Origin: Leidyana gryllorum EB-2025a
Lineage: Eukaryota > Protista > Apicomplexa
Direction of reading: 5' to 3'
DNA: 7,417 bases
NCBI GenBank assembly: GCA_048772705.1
Contig: JBLWGC010000069.1
Location: 1-7,417 of the forward strand
How positions within the stretch are numbered: the stretch's first letter is position 1; each line of letters opens with the position of its first letter. Shown piece by piece: positions 6,601 through 7,417 of this stretch. The notes under the pieces were generated by a model that saw only the letters and a program-made list of their open reading frames with translations, searched no databases and was not told the origin of the DNA. The translations under genes were made by a program, and so were the position numbers.

Positions 6601-7125
6601 TGGACAACATTGTTCGGGTGCATGGACTACCGCGCAAGATCATCTCGGATAGGGATTCACGATTCACGGCCACAGTTTGGAGAGAACTTTACAGACTACT
6701 CAACGTTAATTTATCCATGACAACAGCATACCACCCCGAAGCCAATGGACTCACAGAACGGACCAATAGAACTAGGTACGAACTGGACTGAACACGTGAC
6801 AGCAACTGAAATGGCATACAACTCTGCTATCCAGACCTCCACAGGGATGACCCCCCTAGAATTGGACACGGGACGACCCACATTCATCCACACCAACCTC
6901 CATGACATAGCGTCGCACAGATCGGTGATGGGCAAACTCTACCTCCAGAAGATCCAGGAAGCTCAGGACAGACTGACAGCCGCAGCCGCCAGACAGAAGA
7001 AACAAGCCGATAGGAGACGAGAGGAGGCGAGATTCAGCGAGGGACAACTTGTACTGCTGAAGATTAAGAACTTAGCTCACCTACCACAATCAAAGCTCAA
7101 TCTACCCTACTGTGGGCCATGGAGA
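6600..7125 (+). pseudogene. pol: Pol part 3: integrase core and C-terminal region up to the GPY/F motif, split over two frames
   Basis: LDNIVRVHGLPRKIISDRDSRF...TTAYHPEANGLTERTNRT, with D (6648) and E (6756) separated by 35 residues. From 6769 the next frame reads ELGTNWTEHV..EMAYNSA..TGMTPLELDTGR..KKQADRRR..FSEGQLVLL..KLNLPYCGPW. Confidence 0.92.
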
Positions 7126-7407
7126 GGTCGCTTGCGGTACAACGGGTAATACGAACTCTTCTATGATGCAGAGTCCGCCTGTTCGGGGTACCCCAATGCA
7201 CAGTCGCAGCTGTGCTATGACTGTGGTGGGTATTATAAGGTCGTACACAAGGCCGGGTATTATGGCTGCTCGCACGTTGACCCTCTAGCCCTTCGGTGTT
7301 GTGACCTGGATGTATGTGTTGTGGGCCTCTGCTGTGCCGTGGATTGACGTTTTGGCTTGTCTAGAGCCGTCTTCTTCTAGCTGGAGTTGTTGTGCAGTAT
7401 GTTGGTT
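7126..7407 (-). pseudogene. Retropepsin C-terminal fragment of a further family member (absent from the ORF track)
   Basis: Minus strand reads NQHTAQQLQL..TYIQVTTPKG*RVNVRAAIIPGLVYDLIIPTTVIAQLRLCIGVPRTGGLCIIEEFVLPV, versus HQQTADRLKL..TIRTPRGQEITTDAAIIRTLAYDLILPTNLIKELKLCIALDSNQRLCVMEGLTIPI in pol. In-frame TAG at 7287-7285 where pol has Gln. Confidence 0.88.
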
Positions 7408-7417
7408 TCCAGCAGGC

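Larger units (their letters stand above)
2825..7125 (+). mobile_element. Ty3/Gypsy (chromovirus-related) LTR retrotransposon, near full length, frameshifted and 3'-truncated (no chromodomain, PPT or 3' LTR)
   Basis: TGTAA...TTACA unit at 2825-2935, then gag, then PR-RT-RH-IN in Gypsy domain order. Homology ends after KLNLPYCGPWR (~7125), where the A-rich + strand switches to a minus-strand fragment. Confidence 0.95.

Noticed and set aside
3093-7047. Antisense and alternate-frame ORFs overlapping gag-pol (e.g. 3233-3751, 5697-6254)
   Set aside because: No motifs; these are shadow ORFs expected opposite or within a long coding sequence.

Overview
Eukaryotic DNA (host not identifiable) made almost entirely of nested, decayed Ty3/Gypsy (Metaviridae) chromovirus-type LTR retrotransposons from several diverged, related families. 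From left to right: (i) 1-595, unassigned and palindrome-rich; (ii) ~596-810 (+), a 5'-truncated LTR-like remnant with leader and a possible gag start; (iii) ~811-2312 (-), an internally deleted element (PR-RT linker fused to integrase, GPY/F motif, chromodomain), interrupted at 1685-1877 by a 103-bp LTR plus 90 bp of another element; (iv) ~2313-2824 (+), a protease/linker fragment; (v) 2825-~7125 (+), a near full-length element (111-bp 5' LTR, gag with CCHC knuckle, PR-RT-RH-IN) carrying frameshifts and cut off just after its GPY/F motif; (vi) ~7126-7407 (-), another protease fragment. The most unusual signal is a family of ~100-110 bp TGTAA...TTACA LTR-like units. The two complete copies contain a conserved GC-rich hairpin, and all three copies are followed by an ATG after only ~20-25 nt, with no recognisable tRNA or Tf1-type primer-binding site. 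The RT also has non-canonical motifs (MPNG, YWDD). All alignments were done by eye; no database search was run.
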